DNA of 64,000 nucleotides from Candidatus Bathyarchaeia archaeon (GCA_038883775.1 JAVZLM010000005.1:109634-173633), one strand, 5' to 3'; positions 9,262 through 17,730 are shown, counted from the stretch's first letter. Notes: generated from the letters alone by a model not told the origin. Translations and numbers: made by a program.

Positions 9262-9696
9262 ATGACGTTAAGAATAACTACAAGAAATAGAAACAAGCTT
9301 TCACAAGAGTTGCATGATTGGGTTATTGAAATGACTGTGGAGCGTCTTTATGGTAAATTTAGAGAGGCAGGCAGAAAAATATACACAAATCCAAATCAAC
9401 AGAAGAACTTTGCTGTAAATGGTTTCTATCCCGACATTGTGGTCTAAAATCCGGAGACGGAAAAAGTTACATTTATCGATGAAATAGAGACGGAAGTGGG
9501 CGAAATCGAGAAAAATCAATGGGAAGATTTCGCCAAACTTGGAATAGGTTTTTCTGTAACAGTTCCATTGAATGACGTAGAAAATGCCAAGAAAATTATT
9601 AGAGACAACAAAATTAGAGTAACCTCTCTTTGGTCTTATAAAACTGATTACCCGGCAACTAAAAATATAACTTTCAAAGAAGAAACTCTTTCATAA
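9262..9696 (+). pseudogene. PD-(D/E)XK-like small nuclease gene interrupted by in-frame TAA
   Basis: ORFs 9226-9447 and 9496-9696 share a frame and read ...GFYPDIVV*NPETEKVTFIDEIET... across TAA 9445-9447. Confidence 0.7.
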
Positions 9697-9723
9697 ATGG
9701 TCACAAAAACAAACAAAAAATGG

Positions 9724-9924
9724 TTATTTCGCTTCTTTCTGAGACCATTTTGCTTTAACTGCAAGCAACTCTTGTATATACTCTTCTCTTTTCTTTGCGT
9801 ATTCTTTGATGGCGTTTGCGAAAGCTTTCCCGATGGTATCTTCTAACCCCAACTTAGTTAATTGTCGAGCTAAATTGTAAGCCTCTTCTGGAACCGTTAC
9901 GGATTTATATCCATTTAGAGGCAT
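9724..9924 (-). CDS. Ribbon-helix-helix (CopG/antitoxin-like) protein
   Basis: YKSVTVPEEAYNLA beta-strand/helix pattern; AGGTGG SD upstream. Confidence 0.7.
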   Translation of the reverse strand: MPLNGYKSVTVPEEAYNLARQLTKLGLEDTIGKAFANAIKEYAKKREEYIQELLAVKAKWSQKEAK

Positions 9925-10011
9925 CTAAACCACCTTTGCTATAAATATGTTGAAAAAGTAAATATATGTTATTACCACAAAACCTTAAATCAGTATGGTA
10001 AAAATGGTAAG

Positions 10012-10272
10012 GTGCATATCATGGAAACTGAAGGTTCATCAGACTTTATCATAACAAATGGAAAATACGCAGAAGGTAATAGAATCCTTGTAATCAATCC
10101 AAAGACGAACAAAGGGTTGTATGCAATGCTCAGAAACCTCGAGTTTCTAAGCGAGATTCAACGACCCGGCGATAAAATAAATGTGCACTGCAGAAGTGGC
10201 GTCACCTCAAAGGGCGAATTTGTATTCTGTGACGTTTTCCTAACCAGAGAATTCGCTAACTCTGAGTTCTGA
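10012..10272 (+). CDS. Hypothetical protein
   Basis: 86-aa ORF divergent from the RHH gene; no recognised motif. Confidence 0.5.
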   Translation: MHIMETEGSSDFIITNGKYAEGNRILVINPKTNKGLYAMLRNLEFLSEIQRPGDKINVHCRSGVTSKGEFVFCDVFLTREFANSEF

Positions 10273-10335
10273 TTGAGCGATAGTTGACCGAGTTTTCTAT
10301 TTGCTCGTCCCTGAATGGCTTTCTAAGCACAAAAT

Positions 10336-10926
10336 TTAGATTGAAATGATGTGAATATCCTCTGGTAACTTTGTTATATCGATGAGTGGAGAAACGGTCA
10401 TTATTGCTTGGATTTTAAGGCGTTTTAGTTCTCTAAAAAGGGAAGGGACCATATTTTTGATAAGCCTCTCAAAAGGGTCGTCAGCTATCAAGCATTGGTA
10501 GCCTCTTGTAAGGTTTTGTAAGTTTCCCGTTATGCTTATGGAATCTTGTTTTGGAAACAGTCTTAGCGTTATTGTTCCATTGTTAAATACTCTGTTCGTG
10601 AAATATCGGTGTCTTATACCGAAAGCAAACAGAATAGCTCTTACTATGGTAGATTTGCCACTTCCGCATGTGCCATGAATCAAATTTATCGAGTTTCTGC
10701 AAAAATATGCTTCAAAATTATCAAATGGTCCGACTTTAGTCAATTTCAGTGATTCAATTTGGAAAGGCAAGAAGTATGTTTCTCCGTAAAGGGAGTCTTC
10801 ACAGCCTACTTCAGCCAACAATTTTCGCAAATGTTCTTTAGCTGTTCTTGGTCTTTTTATCTCTAAAGCTTGTCTTAGTTCCTTCTTTTGAGGTCTGGAA
10901 ATACTTGTGTTTTCTGTTTTCTTCAT
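10336..10926 (-). CDS. Minimal ABC/SMC-type P-loop ATPase-like protein
   Basis: IESLKLTKVGPF N-terminal strand, Walker A GTCGSGKST and Walker B/D-loop-like CLIADDPF. Confidence 0.7.
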   Translation of the reverse strand: MKKTENTSISRPQKKELRQALEIKRPRTAKEHLRKLLAEVGCEDSLYGETYFLPFQIESLKLTKVGPFDNFEAYFCRNSINLIHGTCGSGKSTIVRAILFAFGIRHRYFTNRVFNNGTITLRLFPKQDSISITGNLQNLTRGYQCLIADDPFERLIKNMVPSLFRELKRLKIQAIMTVSPLIDITKLPEDIHIISI

Positions 10927-11160
10927 GGAATAAAATAAATTTGACCATGTAAATAAGTTCTTCTTAAGGTTTGATACTATTCACTTCTATGGTTTTTTCT
11001 ATATTGCCTTGGACATTAGAGTTTAGAAGGAAAAGAGAAAATCTTAGAAAAGAATGTGGCGTTGTCATACTAAATGCTCAGATGAATTATTTCAGTTTGG
11101 CGAGAGAGTATGGAGATAAATTTTTTAACTATTGATGAGCAAGATTAGTGTGGTAGAAGT

Positions 11161-11865
11161 ATGGAGTTAATTCTTAAAGAAGCAGCAAAGGCTTTTGGAA
11201 AGGAAGTAGCAAAAGAAGTAACGCCAATAATAGTGAAGAAATTTTTAGGGAAAACACAAAAACTATCTGTAAAGTTCGGGTTAGTGTTGACTTTTTATGA
11301 ATATCCATTAATGGATGATGCAATAGCCCTTATAGAAAATTGTATACACAAGTTCAAATGTGGCGTAGGTATGTTGAAGATTGATGACGTAACATTTGAT
11401 TATTACATTAGCTTTGAACTTGAAGAGTTTGTGAGCCCCGATATTGACATTCTAATTCAAGAAGAGCCTGAATACGCAATCTCTGACCAATTTATTTCCT
11501 TGCTTGAGATTCTGCTCTCTCCTCATCTAAAGAAAGAAGTCCATGACAAGAAAGAAGTTGAAAATGTCTTCTTTTCCGGGTTTAAGCTGTTAGATGGAAT
11601 TACAAAGTGTTTAGAAAATGAAGAAATCGCTGCGACAGTATTAAAAATTCGTTCAGCAGTAAAATTGCTTGGTATTGAATCTGAGTTAAATTTTGCACAG
11701 AATATTTTTACGGAGTTGTCTAAAAAAATTGCGAAATTAAAATTGCCTTACAGCCCATACGTCTCTTTTTCGCCAATTTCAAAAATAGAAGGACAAATTG
11801 GGCAAGTTATCGTATCACTCAAAGATGCGGGGGTGTTAATGGCTATAATAGATGCGATAACATGA
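11161..11865 (+). CDS. Hypothetical protein
   Basis: 234-aa ORF, one nucleotide from the next ORF. Confidence 0.65.
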   Translation: MELILKEAAKAFGKEVAKEVTPIIVKKFLGKTQKLSVKFGLVLTFYEYPLMDDAIALIENCIHKFKCGVGMLKIDDVTFDYYISFELEEFVSPDIDILIQEEPEYAISDQFISLLEILLSPHLKKEVHDKKEVENVFFSGFKLLDGITKCLENEEIAATVLKIRSAVKLLGIESELNFAQNIFTELSKKIAKLKLPYSPYVSFSPISKIEGQIGQVIVSLKDAGVLMAIIDAIT

Positions 11866-11866
11866 G

Positions 11867-12634
11867 GTGAAGATTTTGGTATTTTGGACGTGTAGAGTTT
11901 TTAAAATAAATCCCAAATTTGATAGTATTGTAAAGGATGTTATTTTGAAAACGGGAAGTTACCAATATGGTAAAGTTGAAAACAAAAATCTTTTCTTATA
12001 CATTGACAGAATTCAGGAGACTTTTGGTGGATGGGCTAAATTAATTGAGACTTACATCGATAGTCCTCGCAGGGTATTTAATAGAGAAGAAGGTTATGTT
12101 GCCATAAAAGAAACAGTTCCATTTAACATTTGTCTATTTGAAAAATCAAGCATCCCAAATTTCTTGGCTATTTTTGGTTCAAGTTACAATATTCCAGTTC
12201 TGACCTATGCTCTTAAGGTGATAATTTCTGAAAGGGGACGGTCTAAAGGTCAGATTCCAGACTCATTAATTGTGTTCTCTCCTTTATTTAAACTGAATTT
12301 CAGGTTGAAAGGAAAAGAAAATGAATTAAGTAAATATCTCTCTAACATCAGAGAAATTAGCGTTAGAGAAATTAAAGACATGTATGTCCATGCAGCGAGC
12401 CTCAAAGGACTATTATTGGAATTAAGTGAAGAATATCAAAAATATGTCCGTGACAGTGAGATATCTGGAAGAATAAATTATTTCGGCGTAAACGTTGAAG
12501 GCAGAGTTATGATGTTGTCTTCTGAAGGAAAAATATGGACGAGACAGGGAAAAAATAATGTCGAACCGGAAATTGTTAAAATGATTCTCGAGGTCTTAGA
12601 TAAATGTGATGCAATTCATGTTGTAGAGCAATGA
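11867..12634 (+). CDS. Hypothetical protein
   Basis: 255-aa ORF with GTG start immediately after the upstream stop. Confidence 0.65.
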   Translation: MKILVFWTCRVFKINPKFDSIVKDVILKTGSYQYGKVENKNLFLYIDRIQETFGGWAKLIETYIDSPRRVFNREEGYVAIKETVPFNICLFEKSSIPNFLAIFGSSYNIPVLTYALKVIISERGRSKGQIPDSLIVFSPLFKLNFRLKGKENELSKYLSNIREISVREIKDMYVHAASLKGLLLELSEEYQKYVRDSEISGRINYFGVNVEGRVMMLSSEGKIWTRQGKNNVEPEIVKMILEVLDKCDAIHVVEQ

Positions 12635-12671
12635 AAATTGTGCTCATGTTTTAACGGTTGTTAGTGAGAGT

Positions 12672-12881
12672 TTGATAAGAATGTTTGAGCATGCTGAAAA
12701 GGTTGTAAAAAAATTGACGAAAGAAAACATGGAACATTTGAGACGCCAGATAGATGAGTGCTTGAAGATGGCAATCAAGTTTGATGAAACGGGTAAAGCA
12801 AAATATTTTGTTAAGATGAAGAATTCTTGCCAAACCTTTCTCCAGATGCTAAATGAGTTGGAGAAGAAAGCTGATTCTTAG
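12672..12881 (+). CDS. Small helical hypothetical protein
   Basis: 69-aa ORF; 3' end overlaps the convergent AbrB-like gene. Confidence 0.45.
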   Translation: MIRMFEHAEKVVKKLTKENMEHLRRQIDECLKMAIKFDETGKAKYFVKMKNSCQTFLQMLNELEKKADS

Positions 12882-13120
12882 CCTTCCACGATTTTTATTT
12901 TCTTTCCTCTAATCACAAAGCCATCCGGCGACACTTTGATTTTCGGCTCTTCTACCGACGTTATTATCATTAGCTTGCGATATGGGTCAATAGTAATTTT
13001 AACTGTATCTCCAGCCTTAAACGGATAATTAGAATCCTGAACCATAACAGACGGAATAACCAAATACTGAGTATGTGCATTCTTACTTTGCACAATCTTA
13101 ACTTCAGCCTCTAAAACCAT
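12878..13120 (-). CDS. AbrB/MazE/SpoVT-like DNA-binding protein
   Basis: KIVQSKNAHTQYLVIPS...PFKAGDTVKITID swapped-hairpin pattern; GGTGG SD upstream. Confidence 0.7.
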   Translation of the reverse strand: MVLEAEVKIVQSKNAHTQYLVIPSVMVQDSNYPFKAGDTVKITIDPYRKLMIITSVEEPKIKVSPDGFVIRGKKIKIVEG

Positions 13121-13141
13121 ACAACAACCACCAACAGACTC

Positions 13142-13198
13142 CCAAATAACAACTGTATGAAAACTATATAAAAACTTTATTAATCTTCGAACAGCCTA
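13142..13198 (-). repeat. Right terminal inverted repeat
   Basis: Reverse complement reads TAGGCTGTTCGAAGATTAATAAAGTTTTTATATAGTTTTCATACAGTTGTTATTTGG, matching 1871-1927. Confidence 0.9.
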
Positions 13199-13234
13199 AT
13201 AAAATTATAAAATGCAGGTTTTGAGGTGCAAGCA

Positions 13235-13288
13235 GTGGCTTGTAAGACTAAGAAGAAAACCAAGAAAAAAGCGAAGAAAACGAAATAA
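13235..13288 (+). CDS. Putative Lys-rich micropeptide MACKTKKKTKKKAKKTK
   Basis: GAGGTG SD (13223-13228) six nt before GTG; TTATAAAA upstream. Confidence 0.35.
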   Translation: MACKTKKKTKKKAKKTK

Positions 13289-13358
13289 AAAATCACATTA
13301 ATCTCCTCATTTCCCCATTTTTATTTGAAAGAAAAACGTGCGCTCAACTCTCTTATAT

Positions 13359-13973
13359 TTAAAGAATTTTTGATAAAGTTTCAAGGTTGAAAATGGTGTT
13401 TGCACAGCCATTCTTTATCAGAGGAACGGCTTGACCAGCAATTCCCAAATAGTTTAATGCCTCACCGCTCAATCTTATTTCTTCGCCACAAGCAACTCCA
13501 ACAACCCCATCATAATGATTATTTTTCAAAATTTTCTGAACACAAGAACCACCAGGCAATATGTAAACGTCATAACCTTTTTTCTCGGCGAGAACCACTG
13601 CTCTGTTAATTAGGCAGTCTGGGGAACAATGCGCACAACTGTAAGAGGGAATATGGGGGTCAAAAGTTGCCTTACAACGATTATCCATATATTTCCTAGA
13701 ACAATGTGGCAGAAAAAGAGCCCGTTTTCTCGTCTGCTCAAACCGTTTCCTTTCTAAAAGGTTTCTGGCTTGCATGTCTATAAGGTCTTGAAGAAGAAAA
13801 ACAGCATCAGACAAGTTGAGACCCGTAATCTCCTGAATCCTAAACTTTTTAATGATATCCTGCATTGTTTTGCTAACCTTTTTATGAACACCCTTTTGAA
13901 ATCCAACTCTAGCAACTTCGGTAAAGAAGAAACGAGGAACCCTTGAAAGGTCAAAGGTAAACTTGTATGGCAT
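13359..13973 (-). CDS. DUF116 domain-containing protein
   Basis: LFLPHC, CAHCSPDC, YILPGGS, GVVGVAC and VPLIKNGC. Confidence 0.88.
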   Translation of the reverse strand: MPYKFTFDLSRVPRFFFTEVARVGFQKGVHKKVSKTMQDIIKKFRIQEITGLNLSDAVFLLQDLIDMQARNLLERKRFEQTRKRALFLPHCSRKYMDNRCKATFDPHIPSYSCAHCSPDCLINRAVVLAEKKGYDVYILPGGSCVQKILKNNHYDGVVGVACGEEIRLSGEALNYLGIAGQAVPLIKNGCANTIFNLETLSKIL

Positions 13974-14060
13974 AAAGTATTCTATAAATAACAAACCTTT
14001 AAAATTAACTGTTGCTTATACTCATACTCTAAGACATTGAAACAAAAAGGAGGAAAAACG

Positions 14061-14468
14061 TTGGGCATACTTGACAGATTTAGAAAGAAAAAAGAAGAAC
14101 AAAAGAAAACGGATACAGAAACTGTAAAGACAATAACTGAACTTGAACAAATCTGCGAAGACGACAAAGAAACATATGAAGCATTACACAATACCATGTT
14201 CCTTGATCCTACAAAGATAACAACATCCATGAAAGAAGCAGCTGAAAACGCCAAAAAATTTGAGAAAGAAAAAGATTTTGTCAGAGCCAAAGCATGGTAT
14301 GAGATTGCAGGCGGCTTAGCCATCTATGAAGGAAACGTGAAAAAAGTTGTTGAATATTTTAGTGAATGCCAAAAACTCTCTCCAAATACAGAATATCTAA
14401 TCTTGAAAAATCCGGAGAAGGCTGTAGCTAAGGCTCAAGAATATTATAAAAAATATTTGAAAGCTTAA
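14061..14468 (+). CDS. Hypothetical helical (TPR-like) protein
   Basis: TTG start after GGAGG; AKAWYEIAGGLAIYEG helical-repeat pattern. Confidence 0.65.
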   Translation: MGILDRFRKKKEEQKKTDTETVKTITELEQICEDDKETYEALHNTMFLDPTKITTSMKEAAENAKKFEKEKDFVRAKAWYEIAGGLAIYEGNVKKVVEYFSECQKLSPNTEYLILKNPEKAVAKAQEYYKKYLKA

Positions 14469-14481
14469 GCAAGTATCACTG

Positions 14482-14913
14482 TTATTTTTCTGTTTCTTCC
14501 GAATAGCCCAAAAGCTCTCTTAGAGATTTTACTTCTTCCCGGAGCATGTGTACTTCACTTTCAAGAGCGTTAACCCTTGATTCCGCAACCTTCTTTAATT
14601 TTTCAATTTCAACCATCAAATTTGCCCGTTCCGTCTCCAGAGTCTTTATTTTTTCACGGAGATTCTTTAAAGTCTGCATAAGTTCTCCCTTTATACCCTT
14701 AATTCTTTCAACCATATTTTTAATACTTACTCTCTCCTCAACCCTTGCCTCAGCGGTTAAAGCAGACCTAAATCTGGCTTTACAATTTGGACATTCAAAT
14801 ATTCCTATAACAAGCCCAGTCTCTTCACCCTTCCCCAACGGTTTCTTAGGAGAAACCATCCAAGTTTTAGTTGGTGCGGCCACTTCAACACCACATCTTG
14901 GACACTTAACCAA
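14482..14913 (-). CDS. Cren7-like zinc-ribbon chromatin domain fused to a long coiled coil
   Basis: KCPRCG..PTKTWMVSPK...VIGIFECPNCKARFR resembles Cren7 (P.K.W.L.PK..IGLF..P..G..FR); about 80 aa of heptads follow. Confidence 0.7.
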   Translation of the reverse strand: MVKCPRCGVEVAAPTKTWMVSPKKPLGKGEETGLVIGIFECPNCKARFRSALTAEARVEERVSIKNMVERIKGIKGELMQTLKNLREKIKTLETERANLMVEIEKLKKVAESRVNALESEVHMLREEVKSLRELLGYSEETEK

Positions 14914-15024
14914 CCATAAACCCCCATAATAATTATCATTTAAAGTTAAAATGTGTTTTGCATTCAAATGAGGATAAATTATTAATTGCAAACTTGAATA
15001 AAATGAAAAAGGGAGTGAAGGGTT

Positions 15025-15318
15025 ATGAAGGCTGTGGAAATGAAAACGAAATTGGAAGAAAGAATTAGGGCTTTAGAAAAGGAGAAAAGTATGCTTTTGG
15101 AGGAGATAGGGCAGCTTAAAGAAATTGTGGAGTTAAGTGAGAAAGCAAAAGAGTTAGAGAACGAAGTAAACAAACTCAAAAAGGAAGCTAAAGCGTTAAA
15201 AGAAAGGATCCCACAAGAATTTCTCCAAGAACTCCGTGAGGTTACATCCCCTTTAGAGGGAGAAAAAGAAGAGGACAGCGAAGAATGTCCTAGCTGCGAG
15301 GAAGAAGAACTTCTTTAG
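15025..15318 (+). CDS. Coiled-coil protein with acidic CPSC tail
   Basis: Continuous heptads; ends EECPSCEEEELL. Confidence 0.7.
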   Translation: MKAVEMKTKLEERIRALEKEKSMLLEEIGQLKEIVELSEKAKELENEVNKLKKEAKALKERIPQEFLQELREVTSPLEGEKEEDSEECPSCEEEELL

Positions 15319-15370
15319 AAAAGCACTTGCGCAAGAGTTGAGTAGATGCATAGAAAAAAGAAGAGAAATT

Positions 15371-16351
15371 TTAGATAGTTATTTGGAACATTAACCTTTC
15401 AACGAGTTCCTTGTAGCGGTTTCGAATGGTAACCTCTGTTACTTGCGCTATTTCAGCTATTTCCCTCTGCGTTTTTCTTTCGCCAGTTAACACAGAAGCG
15501 ATATAACTTGCAGCAGCAGCAATGCCTGTAGGCCCGCGTCCAGAGGTTAGTTTAAGCTCCTTTGCCGCAGTTAAAATTTTGTGGGCAATTTCTTCAACCT
15601 TCCCCTGCATTGTCAACTGGTTTGAAAACTTTGTTATGTACTGGCTTGGCTTAAGCGGAGGTATGGAATAGTCAAGTTCTTTGATTAGAAAGCGATAACT
15701 GCGACCAATCTCCTTCTTGTTAACGTTGGATGCTTGGGCTATCTCTTCCAGTGTTCTGGGCAATCCACACTGCCTACAAGCCAAATAAATTGCTGCAGCG
15801 GTTACGCCTTGAATAGACCTTCCACGAATCAATCTCTCTTTAACGGCTTTTCTATAAATGACGGATGCTGTTTCAAGAATGTTTTTTGGAAGGCTAAGGT
15901 TTGTGGCAAACTTTGTTATTTCAGACAAGGCAAAGGCAAGGTTACGTTCCGTTGCGTCAGAAACCCTTATGCGACGCTGCCATTTTCTAAGCCTATAAAC
16001 CTGCGCCTTTTGTCCTGGAGATAAACTTTTTCCATAAATGTCACGGTCATGCCAATCAATCATTGTTGACAAGCCTTTGTCATGTATTGTATAGGTTAAG
16101 GGTGCGCCAACCCTTGTTCTTTTGGCTCTTTGCTCATCGTCGAAAGCTCGCCATTCCGGTCCTCTATCCGCTATTTTTGCGGCTACCACAAAACCGCAGT
16201 CCATACAAACTATTTCGGCGCATTCATAATCTCGCATAAGCCTTGTGCTTCCACATTCTGGGCAACGTTGAACCTTCGCTGGCTCAACATGCTGTAGTGG
16301 TAATGCAAGGTCAGAATCATCCTGCCCTTCACTATCATGGCTCAATTTCAT
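15371..16351 (-). CDS. tfb: Transcription initiation factor IIB
   Basis: CPECG..CMDCG zinc ribbon, GPEWRAF, two cyclin repeats and [12 protein letters not shown]. Confidence 0.98.
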   Translation of the reverse strand: MKLSHDSEGQDDSDLALPLQHVEPAKVQRCPECGSTRLMRDYECAEIVCMDCGFVVAAKIADRGPEWRAFDDEQRAKRTRVGAPLTYTIHDKGLSTMIDWHDRDIYGKSLSPGQKAQVYRLRKWQRRIRVSDATERNLAFALSEITKFATNLSLPKNILETASVIYRKAVKERLIRGRSIQGVTAAAIYLACRQCGLPRTLEEIAQASNVNKKEIGRSYRFLIKELDYSIPPLKPSQYITKFSNQLTMQGKVEEIAHKILTAAKELKLTSGRGPTGIAAAASYIASVLTGERKTQREIAEIAQVTEVTIRNRYKELVERLMFQITI

Positions 16352-16593
16352 CTTCTCCTTTCTCCTCTTGAGGGGAAAACATACAATATCTTACCTGCCA
16401 ATTTCTCAGCTTCTCGCAAAGTCGGCTTTACTGCTGCGTAAGGCGAGGAAACTGGACCGAAAATGTCGAAAACTTTTCCAAGAGGCGTTAAATTTTCGTC
16501 AATAACTGTTTCGCCGATTTTGGGAGTGTTTTCAATTTTTACTATAAGGTTTCGGCTTGAACTTAGGTGAAGAACTCGGCCTATTCTCTGCAA
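16348..16593 (-). CDS. gar1: H/ACA RNP protein Gar1/Naf1
   Basis: [14 protein letters not shown] motif; conserved position upstream of tfb. Confidence 0.9.
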   Translation of the reverse strand: MQRIGRVLHLSSSRNLIVKIENTPKIGETVIDENLTPLGKVFDIFGPVSSPYAAVKPTLREAEKLAGKILYVFPSRGERRR

Positions 16594-16826
16594 ACTTTTA
16601 AATTCCCCTCACGGAAAAGCAGAATGGTTCAAACGAATCACCGTATTTAAACTTTTCTACAAGGATATGCGTGACAGAAGCTATATAAACTGCTCATGTC
16701 TAAAACTGACTGCCGAACCGCGTGTCATAAATAACAATTGTTCTCTTCAATTGTCACCGTATACTCACATTCATATGTGATAGTGCTATTTAGAATTTGG
16801 CGTCGTAAACAAAATTTTCAACGGCA

Positions 16827-17714
16827 TTAAACTGTTACGACTTCGTATTCTTCTTCGCTGTGCGGACCAAGGCCCAACTCTACTGCGTGTTTAATTTGCC
16901 TTAAATTCCAAACATCTTTGTCTTCTAAACTATTGGCCGGGTAGCTCTGTAATATTTTCACACCTTCTACGTCTATGGCTACTTGATTGCCAGAAGCCAA
17001 AATCAAGTTAGGCTCCCGTAATTCGCCTTTTGCCGGTCCTCCATTGATGAAAACTTTTCTTGCATCCATAATAATTAGATCTGGCTTTATTATTAGGCTT
17101 AGTTCTGCAAGTTTTTCGTGAAGATGTTTCATGTGAAACGTAATTTGGTCAAAGAAAGGTTTTACAAATCCCATGGCAAGTTTTATTGCGCCAGTAAATT
17201 CAGCGGCGTGATGAGTTTTTATTAGTGGAGCGTAAACAATCTTCTTTATTTCCAAGGCTTCTTTGGCAACGGAAACCTTACGCAAAAATTGACCGCCCGG
17301 AACTTTAACACGTCTCCATCCGCTTCTGTCAAATAGCACTTGCCAACCATCTTTTCCGAAAACTTTAACCTCAGCCCTAGCTTTCTCAGCAACCTTAATA
17401 ATGCCTGCTTGCTCCAAAACCATGCGGCTGTGGAGAAATGCTGTCCTTTCGCCTACAATGACTTTTCCAGCCCCAGCCTCATATAGCAGTTCTATAATGG
17501 TCTTTAAGAACTCTGGGTCGCTTGAGCCTGGAAACGGATCCGCTGTATTATAGTTTGGTTTTAAAAGAATTGTGTCGCCTTTCTCAACAAGCTTATCGAG
17601 TCCTCCAATAAGTGAAACAGCATGTTCAACAGATTCCTTCAAGTTTCCATCATATGCAACCTCGCTTACAAGTGGGCGCCCAGAACGCACAAAAAGGTTT
17701 TGTTTCATGAACAT
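16827..17714 (-). CDS. DUF362 domain-containing protein
   Basis: ILLKPN, KTHH..FTGAIKLAMG, KPDLIIMD and NQVAID. Confidence 0.85.
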   Translation of the reverse strand: MFMKQNLFVRSGRPLVSEVAYDGNLKESVEHAVSLIGGLDKLVEKGDTILLKPNYNTADPFPGSSDPEFLKTIIELLYEAGAGKVIVGERTAFLHSRMVLEQAGIIKVAEKARAEVKVFGKDGWQVLFDRSGWRRVKVPGGQFLRKVSVAKEALEIKKIVYAPLIKTHHAAEFTGAIKLAMGFVKPFFDQITFHMKHLHEKLAELSLIIKPDLIIMDARKVFINGGPAKGELREPNLILASGNQVAIDVEGVKILQSYPANSLEDKDVWNLRQIKHAVELGLGPHSEEEYEVVTV

Positions 17715-17730
17715 TCACGATTTTCGCCAA

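Larger units (their letters stand above)
1871..13198. mobile_element. 11.3-kb cargo-carrying transposon (one DDE transposase plus defence-like passengers)
   Basis: TAGGCTGTTCGAAGATTAA at 1871 and its exact reverse complement ending at 13198. ATAAAA flanks both sides (1865-1870, 13199-13204). Transposase lies just inside the left end and housekeeping-type genes resume outside both ends. Confidence 0.85.

Noticed and set aside
9445-9447. Selenocysteine or pyrrolysine recoding of the in-frame stop
   Set aside because: The codon is TAA, not TGA or TAG.
12600-13198. Second IS copy making a classical composite transposon
   Set aside because: No transposase remnant is visible; the right TIR is followed directly by the AbrB-like gene.
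13212-13301. Ribosomal protein eL41 call for the Arg/Lys-rich frame
   Set aside because: Composition is similar but the KWxKKR pattern is missing; left as an unassigned micro-ORF.
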